A DNA stretch of 64,000 nucleotides from Takakia lepidozioides. Taxonomy: Eukaryota > Plantae > Bryophyta. The stretch lies in assembly GCA_030704615.1 (NCBI GenBank), contig CM060734.1:3100001-3164000 (forward strand), in the 5' to 3' direction. The notes below the pieces were generated by a model that saw only the letters and a list, made by a program, of their open reading frames with translations, was not told the origin of the DNA and did no database searches. Made by a program: the position numbers and the translations under genes. Shown piece by piece: positions 63,205 through 64,000 of this stretch; the stretch's first letter is position 1, and every line of letters begins with the position of its first letter.

Positions 63205-63763
63205 GCTGGTGCAGCGGGTGCAAGAGTTTGCCAATTCCCTCAGTGTCGACCTCCTGCGCAAGTCGGAGGCAAAGGCAGACAGAACCTGATATAGGCTGAG
63301 CGTCGACGCCATGGTGGACTACATATTTCAGGTAAAGCTCTTGACAGTTTTGTTGAGCTAATCTGTCTCTCCTCCCCCAATAGAAGAAAAGGTCTTCACC
63401 GTGATTTCTAATCTCCTCCCCCAATAGAAGAAATTGTGTTGAGCAGGATCTCTAATCTTATGTGCGTATTCTTGACAGACGAAAATACAGCAGGATTTGG
63501 CACATGCGTGGAGGTTCTACATGGAGTCAGAGGAGAAGAATCCAACCCTCCCGGCACTCGAATCGTATGTCAAAGCTGCGGAGGTGAGGGCCCGCATAAA
63601 GTACAAGTCGCGGATGGTAAAGTACGTGGCCATAGCTGATCCCGCCCTTGGTGCCGACTTTCTGGTGGAGGTGGGGAAGCACTACTCTCGTGCTCTGAAG
63701 CCCACGATGACATTGGAGAAGCTCCATCGTCTAGCCACATCCTGTGTGGATGCAACAGAAAAG
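63205..63763 (+). other. Two putative spliced exons of an unknown gene fragment fused to the truncated Gypsy RT
   Basis: ...VQEFANSLSVDLLRKSEAKADRT*YRLSVDAMVDYIFQ|gtaaag (ends 63331), then ttgacag|TKIQQDLAHAWRFYME...SCVDATEK|gtgata (63479-63763). Phase-0 junctions and higher GC, but no recognised family. Confidence 0.45.
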
Positions 63764-64000
63764 GTGATACATTCTTAACCAAATTGTGGTGGCAACAACT
63801 CCTTTTTGTGGTGTTTGGCGCTTACGAATATGCTGGGTGGTTGGACACCCGGTGGCTCCAAATCTGGAATGGTTCCCAAAGTACCAGGGACATGTGGAGC
63901 TTCCCCAAACCGGACAAACTCTCTGACCCCACATTCGACATGTGGATGAACCGCATGACATGGTGGTTTCAGGTACTTCCCCACGCTTCGTTTGGGGCTT

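Larger units (their letters stand above)
55535..63214 (-). mobile_element. 5'-truncated Ty3/Gypsy non-chromovirus (Athila-like) retrotransposon: partial RT - RNase H - integrase - large extra ORF - PPT - 3' LTR
   Basis: APATFQR...YLDDF (with an internal deletion), LNPEKC, RNase H VHCDAS/NYSTTEREALA/YVDHQAL, integrase GGHFG..., WGLDFVGP, SDQG, GPY. PPT GAGGGGGGAAGGGG (56370-56357) precedes TGTTAG at 56353. The candidate LTR end CTAACA is at 55540-55535. Confidence 0.9.

Overview
Eukaryotic nuclear DNA from a land plant. A non-seed lineage is inferred from the half-tRNA-primed Copia, the non-chromovirus Gypsy types and the intron style. The window opens with a ~120-bp satellite (1-1190) and a tRNA-Asn-derived pseudogene. 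Five spliced genes follow, each rebuilt exon by exon in frame: LUC7, RER1, crooked-neck/CRNKL1, SSU72, and a plastid Deg/HtrA protease with an extra N-terminal SAP/HeH-like module. There is also a DWF5 (sterol delta-7 reductase) pseudogene with an internal inversion and an orphan ISU1 exon. Retroelements include: (1) a tRNA-Ala-primed Ty3/Gypsy element with an extra ORF before gag and a dUTPase-like domain between protease and RT; (2) a 5'-truncated LINE; (3) a full-length Copia disabled by a copy of its own U5+PBS inside integrase; (4) a second Gypsy with ~4 kb of extra coding sequence after pol. Other notable signals are G-rich rather than pyrimidine-rich 3' splice sites in most genes and a ~600-bp inverted repeat. 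All calls come from reading the sequence; no searches were run.
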